64,000 bases of DNA from Nageia nagi (taxonomy: Eukaryota > Plantae > Pinophyta), in NCBI GenBank assembly GCA_050084985.1, contig JBITNC010000001.1:159340001-159404000 (forward strand). The letters run 5' to 3'. The notes below the pieces were generated by a model. The model was not told where the DNA came from and ran no database searches. It worked only from the letters and a program-made list of their open reading frames with translations. How positions within the stretch are numbered: position 1 is the stretch's first letter; each line of letters begins with the position of its first letter. Both the position numbers and the translations under genes were made by a program. Of this stretch, positions 28,611 to 41,600 are shown piece by piece.

Positions 28611-31367
28611 AGTTAAGGTCAATAAATAGCTTCTAAGAAATGAAATAAAGTAACTCATAAACATTTAAATTAAATTTGATTGACCAAAAGCTACAATGCA
28701 CAAATGATATTACCATAACCAAATGGCAACTACATACCCCAAACATTATAATGTGTGTAATGAGTTATCATCATATCATATGCCAAATCATAATGTTGGT
28801 TTTTCTATTGCAATACAAGAAAATTATGAACTATTTCATTCTCTTATATGTTCATAACACAATTATAACAACTATTACTTTAGACACAAAATAATTCATC
28901 TCATAAGTTTTGTGCGAGTGTCTCTATTTATGTTGCAAGCAAATGCATTAACCATCTAACAATTTTTGCCCATGATCATAAATGCTAAAATTTACAAATA
29001 CATATCCATTTCTCATGCCATATAATGGTAAGTAAAATCCATGTAAGGGATATTTCTATAAGCTAAAGGAGTATTTTTTCCTATGGCCGCTCCAAGCCTA
29101 TGATTTTACTTAAACATCCATTTAAACCCACTTACCTAGCAACTATACTAAAACCATATAGGATTTGAAGGAAGTTACACCATTTTGGTGTTAAGATAAT
29201 CAGGTGTTCTAGTTTAGGTTTCAAAAACCCAAAGTGCAACTATACAAAAGCACAAAATATTAAATTGGTAAGCATATCACCTCCATGATTACCAATGTAA
29301 TGGCATAATTCCATCTATAGGTGTTCAAATTGAAATACAAAAGGCAAGTTAACCTCAAGACTTGGTTTGCTCTCTACCCATAACTTTATTTTTTACAAGT
29401 TACATAATATTTCTTTTATTTACAAAGTTGAATCAATAAAACCCAAAGTATGGCTAGGAGTTTTGAGATATTAAGCATATAAAATGAAATCCATATTGAG
29501 AAGAATAACCAAGATGTGCATCGTATGGTTTGGGTAATATTTATAAGCGATTCATTTACTATCTTAGAAATCTCAAAAATAGTTACAGACATTTACTCAC
29601 AAAGGAGAGAGAGTTCCCAGATAAATAATTGCTCAATGTGCCACACAAAATATGCAATAGATAATAATTCATTTTTTAGCAAAGAGAAAACAAAATAGGG
29701 GAATAAAATGGCATCATATATCAAATTTCTCATAGTTTGTGGCTCTAAAGTGAATCTTTTCATCTATTGTGTCCTCCCTTGCAAGAATGTCATTCCTTCT
29801 AGGCATTTAAATGCTTAAGTCTTCCTCCTACATGGTGTGATGCTTTGTGGTAGCAATGGAAAAGCCTAAACCTTGGCTGCAGTAGGGAATCCATTGTTAA
29901 CCCATCAACAAGGAATTTCTTAATGAATCGAAAATAAGGAATTCATTGTCAACCTAATAACAAGGAATTTGGTTACTAGCATGTATATTGGAAAGACTAA
30001 ATGACTGACTTGAATGATGCTTTCTTTTGTAATTTATTTTCTAAAAGTTTAATGACATTATTGTTGTGTCCAAGGCTTTAGCTACCATATTGTTGAAATT
30101 CTATTCTGCTAGGCCAACTCGCTTTTTGGTTATTTTGATGTTGGTTGTCATGACATTGGGTGTTTTTTTTGTTCATTCATGCATTGTGCTTGAGTCATTC
30201 CTTTTCAAGCTCCTTTGAGCATTTTAAATATTAAATTTGATTGTTTTGTATTTTCAATAATGTTTAGCTCTTTTTCTTATTTTATTATGATTATTGCTAT
30301 CATAATGGTAATTAAGCGATTCCAAATTATGATTAATAATTTACAATAATTGATTTTATAGAAATAGATTCTTAATATTAGTATATTAATATTCTATTTG
30401 AAATGCATTTAATGAAATCATTAACACACTTAGATAATATTTGTTTCATAAGTTAAATGATTTCTTAAAAAAAATAATCCAATTTTATATAATAACAACT
30501 CATAATAATCTTCCATAGTCAAAGATTTTTATTATATTTGAATTTATATAATTGTAAATGAAAAAATATAATAATAATAAAGGAAAAATATAATTGATTG
30601 ATTGCATTTTATTATTATTATTATTATAATATTTTATTTTTAGATTTTAAATAATTGCTTTATTTCTTTTAAAAGTAAAAGAATGATATTATTTATTATT
30701 CTTGATTACTGAAAGAAATGAATTATATATAGTATTAAGTTTGAGAAAATATTAAATAAATAATTTAATATTCTACTTTCTCTCTTAAATATTTCACATG
30801 ATGAATATTTTTAAAGACAATTTTAAAGTGAAAGAATTTAATCATGACTTAAAATTATTGTTAGTAGTATTAATGTATTTATTTATATTTAAAATTTTGA
30901 ATTATAAGTATTAGTATATTTACCTTAATGCAATTATCTGATTGAAATAACTAATTCCAAGAGAAAATATTGCCTTTGATAAATGAAACACTATATTATG
31001 CACCTAACGTACACTAGTCACGATGAAAAACATAGATAGAAATTTATGATATTTACTTCCAATGATCATAACATGTACTTCGAAGAACATACACGCAAAG
31101 AAAGATATTTTATTTGGATATGTCCTTTCTAGACAAGTCAACCTGAGTAAACAAACTTTCTTAATTATAAATCATGGATAATTGTGGGTTCAACAAACAG
31201 CGTATTAATTTTTTATTTATCATAATTCATTGTCTTATAAATGGTCATATCCTTACGTTCTGGTAGAGTCTGAAATAGTCTACATGCATTTATGATTGAT
31301 GGCACAAGGAACTTTTTGAATTTATTATGTCAAGTAAAACTAGCATAGCAACATTGACTTGGTACCA

Positions 31368-31516
31368 TCATTTAGACGTAGGTTTGTCATATGCAGCTAT
31401 ATTTTGTGGCTCACATTCAGGCATGAAAAGGCGAACAAGCAAAGCTGTGCCACTACTCCCAGCAACTGCCCCACATAAGCCCCACCTAATTGCCCTTGGG
31501 ACTGTTACTCGTGGAC
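31368..31516 (-). CDS. Coding exon 2 of the conserved 98-aa plant membrane protein (unknown function)
   Basis: Acceptor ttacgcAG at 31517. The exon reads (G)PRVTVPRAIRWGLCGAVAGSSGTALLVRLFMPECEPQNIAAYDKPTSK-TGA. At 149 nt its phase matches exon 1. AATAAA lies at 31326-31321. Confidence 0.92.
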
Positions 31517-32975
31517 CTGCGTAAGTGTGACATACATAATAACATCAGCACTTAACAGACAACAATGTAATTGGCCAACAAACTTTCTTGAACATTCGGT
31601 TGGTTATCATATCAAATTTCCACAGAATACATGGCCCTCAAACAATAATGTCAACAACACCGACATGAAAAAATGAAAAGCAATCTTTTTTTGTTGGCAC
31701 TTTTTAAATCTATTTTTTGAGGAATACAAAAAATTTGAAATGGTGTCACAAACAGTTATCCAACAAATAATGGAAATATATATTTGATAGAAAAACAGAG
31801 TCGTCAAACATGTCAAACATTTCTATTGACAAAATGTTACCACAATGGTTTGAATGGATAATATACAGCAAGACAAAGAATAAGATATGCTTGACAACCT
31901 CTAAAGAAATCATGGTCTAGAAGCAACATTCCAAAAAACTGTAAAATAAGATCACAAAAGACGAAAACAATAGATTATTTCAAAAGAGATATTCAGACTT
32001 CACTGAAATGAATCAATGAAATAATGACTTAAATTACAAAAACGTTTTTGAACTCGTTAACAAATAATTTTTGTAGAACATATTACCAAATTCACAGATA
32101 TGGAGTTTAATTCAAACATTCGACATATTTTTACTTTGGCTATAATCGTATTACAATACCATCTGCATTATATTCCACAGTTACCATAGTTTTCTCAGTA
32201 TTTTAATCTTAATTATATGTAGCCTGCCTTGCGTGGGTTCTGGATTATCTACATAGTTCATTTTGTGAATGCTAATTCGCTACTGTTTTTGCATCTGTTT
32301 TATCCTTCTAGTTTTTACATCAACTTTGGCTTTCATGTTTGTCTCAATCAAATATCATTGGAAGCCATTTGAACTGTATGTGTTCCTTTCTGATCCTCGA
32401 TTTTAGAATTTATAGAAAAAAAATATTGGCCCAAGTATTCTTATAATTTCGACATGTTAAATGTGGCCGTATTTATATTGTTTAATCGCTGTGTCTGGAC
32501 TCCTATGTCGTAGCACTGTAAGCAGGCTAGCTTGTTTCATAGCTTGCACCACTGTATGTTCTTGTGAAGAAAACAATTCTAATCAATAAGAGCAATGTTA
32601 AAGATGACAATGTGCCAATAATACTTTAGAGGAATCACCGAAACTCCAATGTCAGTCAAAAGTTGTTTTAACATGACTACTTCATCTGTGGCAATAAATG
32701 TTCTAAGAAAGAAAGGAACGTTATTAATGTCCACTGATGACCAAAGCAGGTCAATAGGGCTTGGATAAGATAATACTTGTTTAAAAAGCAAACTTTAGAA
32801 GCCCAAAGGGGGCCTCTCTGAATCAAAAACAACTAAAAGAAACCAATGCATGAGGCAAACTAGGGTCTATATGCTGGAGTGTCGAGGAGTACAGGACACA
32901 TTAAAATCATCAATCAATCTGAAGAAGCCAATACATGATCTACTAGTGCCTTTTGGAGTGTGGCATGGTTGAGTT

Positions 32976-34440
32976 CAGTGATTGAAAAATTGTGAGAAAA
33001 TGAAGAGATCACCGAGTTTGAATACAAACGGGAAAATCACAGAGTAATTGACAGTCAAGTTTCCAGCAATTTTGGCAGAGGAAATCATGGAAAAACTGAT
33101 GAGAACTGGTGAGTAACTCGGCTATGTCAAAAACAGAGTCAAAAATAGTGAAAAAACTGTGAAAAATCAGAGTAAAAAATGCAGCAGTCAGCGTTTTGGG
33201 GGGTTAAGGTGGGAAAAAGGTGTCATTTAGCTCACTTGTTCCTTGCTGCTCTTCATTTTGCCTAGCAGATGTGAGTTTCGAAGATTTAAAGTTTCTCCAT
33301 CGATCGGGAGCATTTCACCATAGATTTCAAGCAATTTGGGAATTCAACCAAGAGTTTTTCAAATTTCACTCTGAAATTTAAGAGGTGGTTTTTTTTTCAA
33401 ATTTCATCATGAAATTCTTTTTTCCTTTGTTTATTTGTAGCATTGCCATGATTCAAATTTCTTTTTTTTTAATTGTAGATGTATTAAAAAAATTAGGGTT
33501 AGGGTTTGATTTTTTTTCCCAATAAAACTCTCTTTTTTTCATTATCTTGTTTTAATATAATTAGCATGTTGAACATCTGTTTTTTTTTGGCAGATGGCTT
33601 CTGAAGATGAGGGCCATTCATGTCCATTATGAGGGAAGGATATTGCTTGGAAGCATGGGAAGAAGGACCATCTTCCAAATCAAGTGGTGGTATTCATAGG
33701 TTCAAATCAAGGATACTTGGTCAGGATGTAGAGCTTTGCACTGTGGAGCCTAAGGTCACTTTATAAGATACAAGCCCTACTTGTGAGATACACATCATTG
33801 TTTGAAAGCATTCACATCAAGAAATGTATAAGGTTGAGCCAGTAGCGCCTCAATGGCCTTGTGTTCTTCCAATACAATCTAAAACTTTACATCAAACAAG
33901 TGAAGCGCATAAAGTCGCATGATGCCATTGACCTTGATTCTATGGATCCACTAGCATATTGGGTTGCTAAAGATGTGGAATTCATGTTCATTGAGAAGGA
34001 AATCAAGCAATTTGAGAGGGAAGCAATAGATGGTTTATCATCTGCAACAACTACAATTGATATGGAACTTGAGGACATACTTGAGGATCCTATTGAGGAT
34101 GAGGATGCACGACTTCCACAGGCACCACCCATTGCAAGGATCCTATTCGAAATGTGTGTTCCTCCAAATTGCCTAGCTCATTAACAAAAGGTAAAAGTCA
34201 ACATTGATTGATGAAGAGCCAAAGCCTCCCCTCACCCTATGCAATAAGACGAACCACACCCTAGAAGCAACATGTGATGGAAGACATGGTCTCACTAGTC
34301 TCCCTTTATCAACTTAGGTCCCAGTAGCCTCAAAGGGTCACTTCATTCCCCAAGCAACAAAGATAGGAGGAAGGAAGTGATTAATCTAAAATATATGGAT
34401 GCCTCTTGCATACTGTAGCACCTTTGAGTAATTGCTTCCC
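32976..34440 (+). mobile_element. Internally deleted hAT DNA transposon
   Basis: 5' end cagtgattgaaaa. Intron acceptor, then MASEDEG...KDIAWKHG (BED-finger start, ~33595), fused almost directly to the dimerisation domain FESIHIKK...RLNGLVFFQYNL (~33800-33880). The right terminus was not found. Confidence 0.8.
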
Positions 34441-34452
34441 TAAAGTGTAGTT

Positions 34453-35255
34453 AATATTGCACTTTAATTTTCTAAAATGACTTTATTGAAATGATTTACC
34501 TACTTTATGCAAAAATGCCAATTTGGGCCCACTTTGGGCTATTATAGTTTAAATTACCAAAATATTCCGACTTAGTGTTATTTTATATATACATCGGCTT
34601 AGGTGGATCCATCTACGTGAACTCAAAATTGACTTCTCAAGTATATATAATGCAAAAAGAAAATGCGCATTTGATATTTTGGGATTTCACAAACAAGGTT
34701 GTACATACTCTTACTTCCAGAGGCGATAATGCTAACCTCTTCTACAAAATTGATCATATTCTTCTCTAGTATTTTCCAAAGTCAAGTTTAAAAGTACTGA
34801 AGCAAAATTCCATAAGGCAAACTCCATATTCAAACAAAATCCTACAAGAGGTATCAACCAAATCCACCATGCTTAAGAATTTAAGTGTTAACAAATCCCA
34901 AGACATGGGTGTTCCAAATCTTGCATCCCAAAACACTAAGCTTTTTGGACCCCTATTCCAAAACATAGGCAATTTGGCCCTTGAACCATATTGACTTTGT
35001 ATCAGTTTCAAGAGCTGAACCCAGCCCATTATTACAAGGGTTTATCATTTGCTTGCACCAAACTGTTGGAATTTGTCCTCCAAGATCATAAGTTGTTTGC
35101 CAACCTTCTACATTTTACAATTTTCAAATAAGTCCTATCTATGTCTCCTCTCTCAAATTCTACAACCACCTAGCTTTCTACGTCTAATCCTGCATATTGC
35201 CATAATCTATTTCCATTCCATAGGCATAATAAATTGTATATATTTTCATGCATAT
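34453..35255. repeat. Dispersed ~800-bp non-coding repeat, copy A (DNA-transposon-like)
   Basis: Colinear with 53145-53955 (tttatgcaaaa(a)tgccaatttg, cccaaaaca.../cctaaaaca... motifs, tatctcctct...aaattctaca). Confidence 0.75.
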
Positions 35256-38200
35256 TTTTATTGTATCTACGGTCAGTATTGCTCACAATAGTGAAAGAAG
35301 GTAGAGAGTGACAATCCCAAGTCTATATACATGAAGTAGTCCCCAAATCTTATAATAGATAGGGTACCTAAAAATAAAATGATTTTTTTTCTGTTCCACC
35401 TCCAGAACAGAGAAGAAATCACAAAGTCTATCACCCCTTGAAATGTGGTGATCTGTCTCAGCTTACAATTGCTAGGAGTAAACTCAGAGTTGCCAAGGAG
35501 GGATCCTAAGTCCATGGGTTCAATATTCTTGAATATAATCTGGAAAAGTGATGATTCGCTCTTCAATTGTGAAAAAAAAAGGGACATAAAAATGCCATCT
35601 TGGGACAAGGGTGGACCAAGGTGTTGAATTGGGGAGATCCACATGACTTGAACATATGATTGATACATGTCCTCTCTGACTGCTTTATGAATCATCTTCT
35701 CATTTGATAGGAGATGACGACCATTGAAGTCAATCTATAGATATATCAATATAGTTAAGAAAATGGCTGGCCTCAAACAACCACCTTCTATGAACTACAG
35801 ACTCCCATATCAGTAGTAGTCAACAAAGCTAAATATGAAAGGCCACAAGGAAAATGCCAAGTGAAAACACATTCTTTCCACAGCACATGAAAAAACAGAG
35901 CATAGCCAAATGATTAGGCAACAAGGACTGAAATGGTTTAAAGGTTGATGCATAACATGCCTTTATGTCTTATGAAAACATGTATGCAATGCTTTTATCT
36001 GGTTCAGATATGATATACTTCTGGATAGGCACAAAAGTTAAGAACAAAAATAAAAACTTAAGACACCTACTGATTTTAACAAGCTTTACACTATCCACAG
36101 TCAAAATGCCATAAATTACACAACTGTTGAACAAGGTCGGGCTTGATAATCAGCTTAAATATGTAAACAAGATAACAGAATCATTCCCTCAAACAACGGA
36201 ATTTTCTGAGTCAAGCTTTCATTAGGGTTTATTATGTAAAATGTAAAGCAAATAAAAGGTTCTAAACAGAAGAAAACCTACAACACACGCTAGACCTACA
36301 TTCATGCTAAAACCCTTGGGAAATTTAATTGATAAGATGGCTTTATCCAGAACCACATATGATGTTACAAAGATTTGCAAAGATCTTTGACATAATCCTA
36401 TACCAATGGACCAAGTTTCAAACAGGACCAAGAATCTCATAAAATTTTAAAATAGGAAACAAAACAGTTTATTATATTCTACAAATGATTTTGGACTGAA
36501 GATAACCTGCCACCTTTGATATGTAAATCTAAAGTAATATTATACTTATGCAAATTTACTGATCCACCTCTTCTCCTAATTCAATAAATGGAATACTTGT
36601 AACCTGAAGACTCAAGAAAATCCAGAACCATTGTTTCCTGGAAAAGCCAAGCATTTGCCCTTGGTGACTTGTGATTTATGTGCTCTCCAAACATAAGGGT
36701 GCAAGGGGCAGTCCTATATCAAAAATGGATTGTGCAAGCAGTGAGGGGTGAGATGTCTTGGCAAATTCTCCTTTGCAATTGAATCCATTTGGCTAGACAT
36801 ATCTAGGGAGGCACAAGGCGCTTCCATCTTTATGAGTTATGGCATTGTTATAATACAAAATTCTTTATAGTTCATGGTTCTCAACCCTCGAAGCAAATTT
36901 AGAATAATTGGCAGATAGAGTCTGAATTTCTTCATTGAAAATTTGATGATTCTTGACATGAATAGCATCTTGCAGCAGGACCAATTTAGACCTTCCATTT
37001 CTCCAGTAGTCAACTTGAACTCTTACTTTTATAGGCAATAGATTTGCATAAAAAAGATTCTTCACTTAGAGAGATCTCTGGAATCATCACCTTCATCAAA
37101 AATATTCTTTCTACAACCTGAATCGATATCATAGAGAAAATATTTCCAACAAATCTACACTCTAGGAGCTCTACAAAATGATCTCAAAGAATTGTCATTT
37201 GAAAATGCAATTGAAGTGTGTAGGTCCATTTGGAGAGACTAGAAATGGAATGATGGAGAATTTTTCTTTGTCTATGCCACTGAATATTTCAATATAGGCA
37301 TCAGTATGTGAGGGATACTGCAGAAACATTCTCCACAACTTAAAAAAAATGTTGGACCATCAATAATCCCAAACCCTGTAAGCAATGTCCATGTTAATCA
37401 ATTTGAGAACAGAATCAGAATCTCAAAGTCTTTTGTATTTGACGTGACAAAGAGGAATCTTGGAGGCTTTTTTGTTGAGCTTTCCCAACTATCAAAATCT
37501 TGGATTCAAATAAAATTCAACCTCCTCTTTTCATCATCATTCTCTAGGTGCAGGGCTTTTCTTGGCAACTTGTAGATAAAAAGGTGTACAACTATATGGG
37601 CTTTATATACATGTCCGCATTGTTCTTTTTGTGCAAGATGCTATGAAAGGAAGTTTTCCATGATGAGCCAACTCCCCTCAAGTTTATAAAAGAACTAACT
37701 TCCTTAATTAAAGCACAATTGTTTCAAATATGTAAAGATTCATAAACTAGAACAAATTTAATCAGAAGAAAATTCTGATAAAATAATGACAACACTCAGT
37801 TTCTACATGGAGTAAAACCTCTTAAGAGGCCAGAATCTAGGTAGATATCACAAAACAATCGGAGAACAGCTATGAATGAAGCAAAACAGGATGAGAATAA
37901 GAGAGAACGTTTGAGAAGTACTGAATACCAAGATAATGAAATGCATACTTATATCACATGACACTCCGTAGAATGATCAACAAATGTTGATACAAATGAT
38001 TTTCAAATTACTTTGGAGCAACCAATACCTAAGGAAGACAATACCCTTCACTGAAACAATGAAACCAATACAAAATGTGGTGATTTCTCACCATCTATGA
38101 CAGCCAAAACACAAACTAACCTAAGGTTATTTCCAACCACACGTTGACTACTCCATAGTTGCATATTAATATTATTTAGGAGTAACATACCATTTCTAAA

Positions 38201-39129
38201 TTCTTCCTGATCAGCATAATAGTTTTCAAATATTTTATAATGTTATAAGATACACGCATGGAGATCAGCTTGTGAGAGGCAAGTACTCCAAAGCAAGTAT
38301 AGATAGTAAAAGATTTATAGCACAAAACCTCTTGGTATCACAAGTAATCCATTTAGTGCAGCTATGCCTGTATATACAGAGGAGCCAATAAATATTCCAG
38401 ATCTCATAAAAGATGGCATAGATGGTAAAAACTAAATATAACAGTCATATTGATCAATGGGTCCACCTTGTAAGGAACAGCTAGAAGTAAGGTTATAAAA
38501 ACCATAATAGCATGACAAGGACTTGGCATGTGATCATTTTGCATTAGTTTTGAGCCACACATCATACTGTAGCAGTGCTAACAATTTACACAAAAGTAAA
38601 ACAGAGAATAATTCAACAATATGTTTGAGAGCCCCTTAATGCAATTAATGCCGATCTTGAGTTAGTTTAATCAAGTAAACTTTGTATCCAGGTTCTAATC
38701 AAGAGGGATCTAATCAAGGTTCCTCAAGCTTGCGTTCTCTCATAATGTCCATTACTCTTTAACAACTTATACAGAAGGCTGAACCTGCGATGTAATTGAT
38801 GGTATAAAAGTTAGAGCATGGGTTTGCAAGGACTAATTTTCTACGATAGATGCCTTTCAAGAACAGATATTGGAAATCTTGAATTTGACGCATGTACTTG
38901 AATATGTAAATAAGAATTGTAGCCATAAGTTTGTATCCTTATGTCAATGTTGAAAACGGTGCCAATAATTGTTGAATTGATTTGTTATAAGATTTTGATA
39001 GAAGTAGTTAGATAACTATCTTCTCAGAGAACAGATCCCTTCTATTTGTTGGTTGAATGTCTGGGATGCATTTTTTAGACAGCATTTAGTTACATTGAGA
39101 AAGAAAAAAAAAAATTTTAATGTCCTTAG

Positions 39130-40930
39130 GTGACAAAAAGGACAAAGGGACCCGGAAGTACAGCCAATGAAATAGCTAAGAACTAGAGAAAACGACCCTC
39201 AAGAAAGAAAGCTAACTACAACAAACAAAGGGGTAAGGAGGTAGCGGGAGAGAAGTCGTGAACCCTAACCCTAAAATTACAAAAACAGAGAGGAGAGCAC
39301 TTCCAAAAGAATTGAAGACAATGAAAAAATTAAACGCTGTCAAAAACCTTGAGTGGAGCACAGAACTGAAGAACCATCAAATGTGATGTTGACAGCCACG
39401 AAAGGTCTCGTGCACAATTTGAGAATGGTAGTGGGAGAAAGGCCTAAAATGAGACGATTGGACTAGACCAATTTTGGGGGAAACCAAAAGCTGTCACTTG
39501 AATCGTTCCTAACATCCAAGGCTGAAGGATGACTAATGGCAGAGAAGCAAATGGTAATAAGAGATTGGCTAAGCTGATCCAACAATAGATGCAAGGACCC
39601 CTGTTGCTAGTTGGAAATAACTATGTGACATATGGAGTGGGAAGGTCATTGGGGAACCTAGGTAGTGGTGCATGGTGAAGAATAGTTTCTAGAAGGTGCT
39701 TAACACCCTGAATAGTTGTGATAGGCTAAAAGAAGGAAGTGATCAGTCTGGTAACTATAGAGACCTCCTGTAGAGATTTGTGCTTAAGAGAGATAGCCTC
39801 TTGAATATAAAGGGCCAAACATGACTAATCGGGATACAAGACTAAAATGGAGAGACAATTGACAGAGTCTTTGAATAAGCAATGGAACCTCCCCTAAATC
39901 TCATAGTAGATAGGACATCTGAAAATACAATGGCCCTCAAACTCCACTACCTAGATGGAGAAAAGACAACAAATGTGATCTTCTTGTGGAATATGGTGTT
40001 CAATTTCGATGCAAAACTAGTGGAAGCTTACTCTCAACTGAACAAGAGGAATCCTCAAGCCATGCAACCAATGATGTTGGAAATAGATGGATCGGCAAAT
40101 GATACCATCAACAACCTATAGAAAGTGCTTTGCAAAGAAAGCCAACTTGGGGTTGAGTGGTACAAAAGGAGAAGTCCATGTGACTAAATATTAGCATGAA
40201 CCAACCTATGAATACACTCCTTCAAGGGACGAGGTTGAAGGGGGGCAACCAAAGAGTTCCTAAAGGGGCAAAGTCAATCAATGCAAAGACCAATAAACAA
40301 GAAGGGCAAACATGTTTTAGAGAACCAATAACATTGATGCCTAAAGGACCCTAAGGAGGCGATTTCAAAGGAGCAAAGAAACACAAACGGATACCTCGCA
40401 CAAACAGAGGCAATCTCCCCCATGGATATGAGTTTGTGAACATTAAGGATAATCCAAAAGATGCATTCAAGGTGGAGGGGCGGAGAAACAAAGTTAGCAT
40501 GGGCAATGCAATGAGGAACATTTGTTTACACTAAATCAAACACTCGAGCATCAAAATTTGAACCCACTCAAAGCAAACCAATCAATGGATTGTAAATTGG
40601 GCGCCTAAACCTCGAACCCATAGGTGACATTGGGTCAAATGGTAGTATTGAAGAGATGCATCTTTCAAAAGATATCTAGAAAATATATATGAAAATATCA
40701 GTATTCTAGGATAGAGAGGGAAGCATAACCCTTGCAAAGATGCAACTAAGAGGAAGGTCTTGAAAGGTCTAAAAATAGAACCTCCAAATAAGTGTAAGAA
40801 GTGTTGATCTCCACATGCTCCCCACTAAGACAACCTTGCGGTGAAATGCCAAGACAGGTGTAAGGTAAACTTAAACACACAATAGTAAGAAAAGCTTCAA
40901 ATATGCTAAAAGGAGCTTTTACCGTAATCA
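39130..40930 (-). mobile_element. 5'-truncated non-L1 LINE (RTEX/L2-like): RT C-terminus, Zn finger and probable 3' UTR
   Basis: SYTYLEV (~40790), HLFNTTI*PNVTYGFEV*AP (~40600-40660), QLRVSFH*FCIE (~40005-40040), VEFEGHCIFRCPIYYEI (~39900-39950). The left boundary is uncertain. Confidence 0.75.
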
Positions 40931-41064
40931 ATGATGAGAATATAGATCATAGTAAACAGTAAGGATTACAAGATTTAAGAAATATCCTTTGTATAGTTCT
41001 GATAAGAATTGTGAGACTAAATCTTCACTGCCAAAAGACTGTAAAATGTAAAGCATACAAATTA

Positions 41065-41091
41065 ATATATATATATATATATATATATATA
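41065..41091. repeat. (AT)n microsatellite
   Basis: About 13 AT units. Confidence 0.95.
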
Positions 41092-41600
41092 GTGTCCATA
41101 AAGAATTGATCATTAAGATGTTCAATCTTTCTTTGTGTTTTCAACAGACAGTCCTCCAAGTTGTGTGGAGGTTCGATAGGGTATTGAACAATTCAGCTTC
41201 CAAATGTCCAATGGTTTGACTTCCTGACATGCATACATATATCAATTTGAGGACACTAGTGATGTTACAGTTTTTTAAATATCACCAACATGTAAGGGGT
41301 GGGAATTGAACTTGGAACCTCAAAGTGAGTGCTTCACACCAAGGTTGCAAGGAGTTTCTGGGACAAGAGACAAGTTCCTAGGATATAGAGATGTTAGGTC
41401 GCTTTTAAGAAGTGTCTGGGATGACATATATAAATATATGTAAAAAAAATTAAAATATAAAAAATATATTGTTTTCTCAAATTTGAAACGATTTTAACAG
41501 AAATAAGCAAATATATAACAATCCATTCTAACAGCAACAATGATTCAAAACAAAACATCATGATCATATAGAATTATAACAATACTGTATAATTATAAAC

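Noticed and set aside
31327-31524. Plus-strand 65-aa ORF as a gene
   Set aside because: It is the antisense shadow of the real minus-strand exon 31516-31368.
41281-41339. Functional tRNA gene
   Set aside because: It is split by a 4.35-kb insertion and no complete cloverleaf is evident, so it is treated as a SINE/relic.
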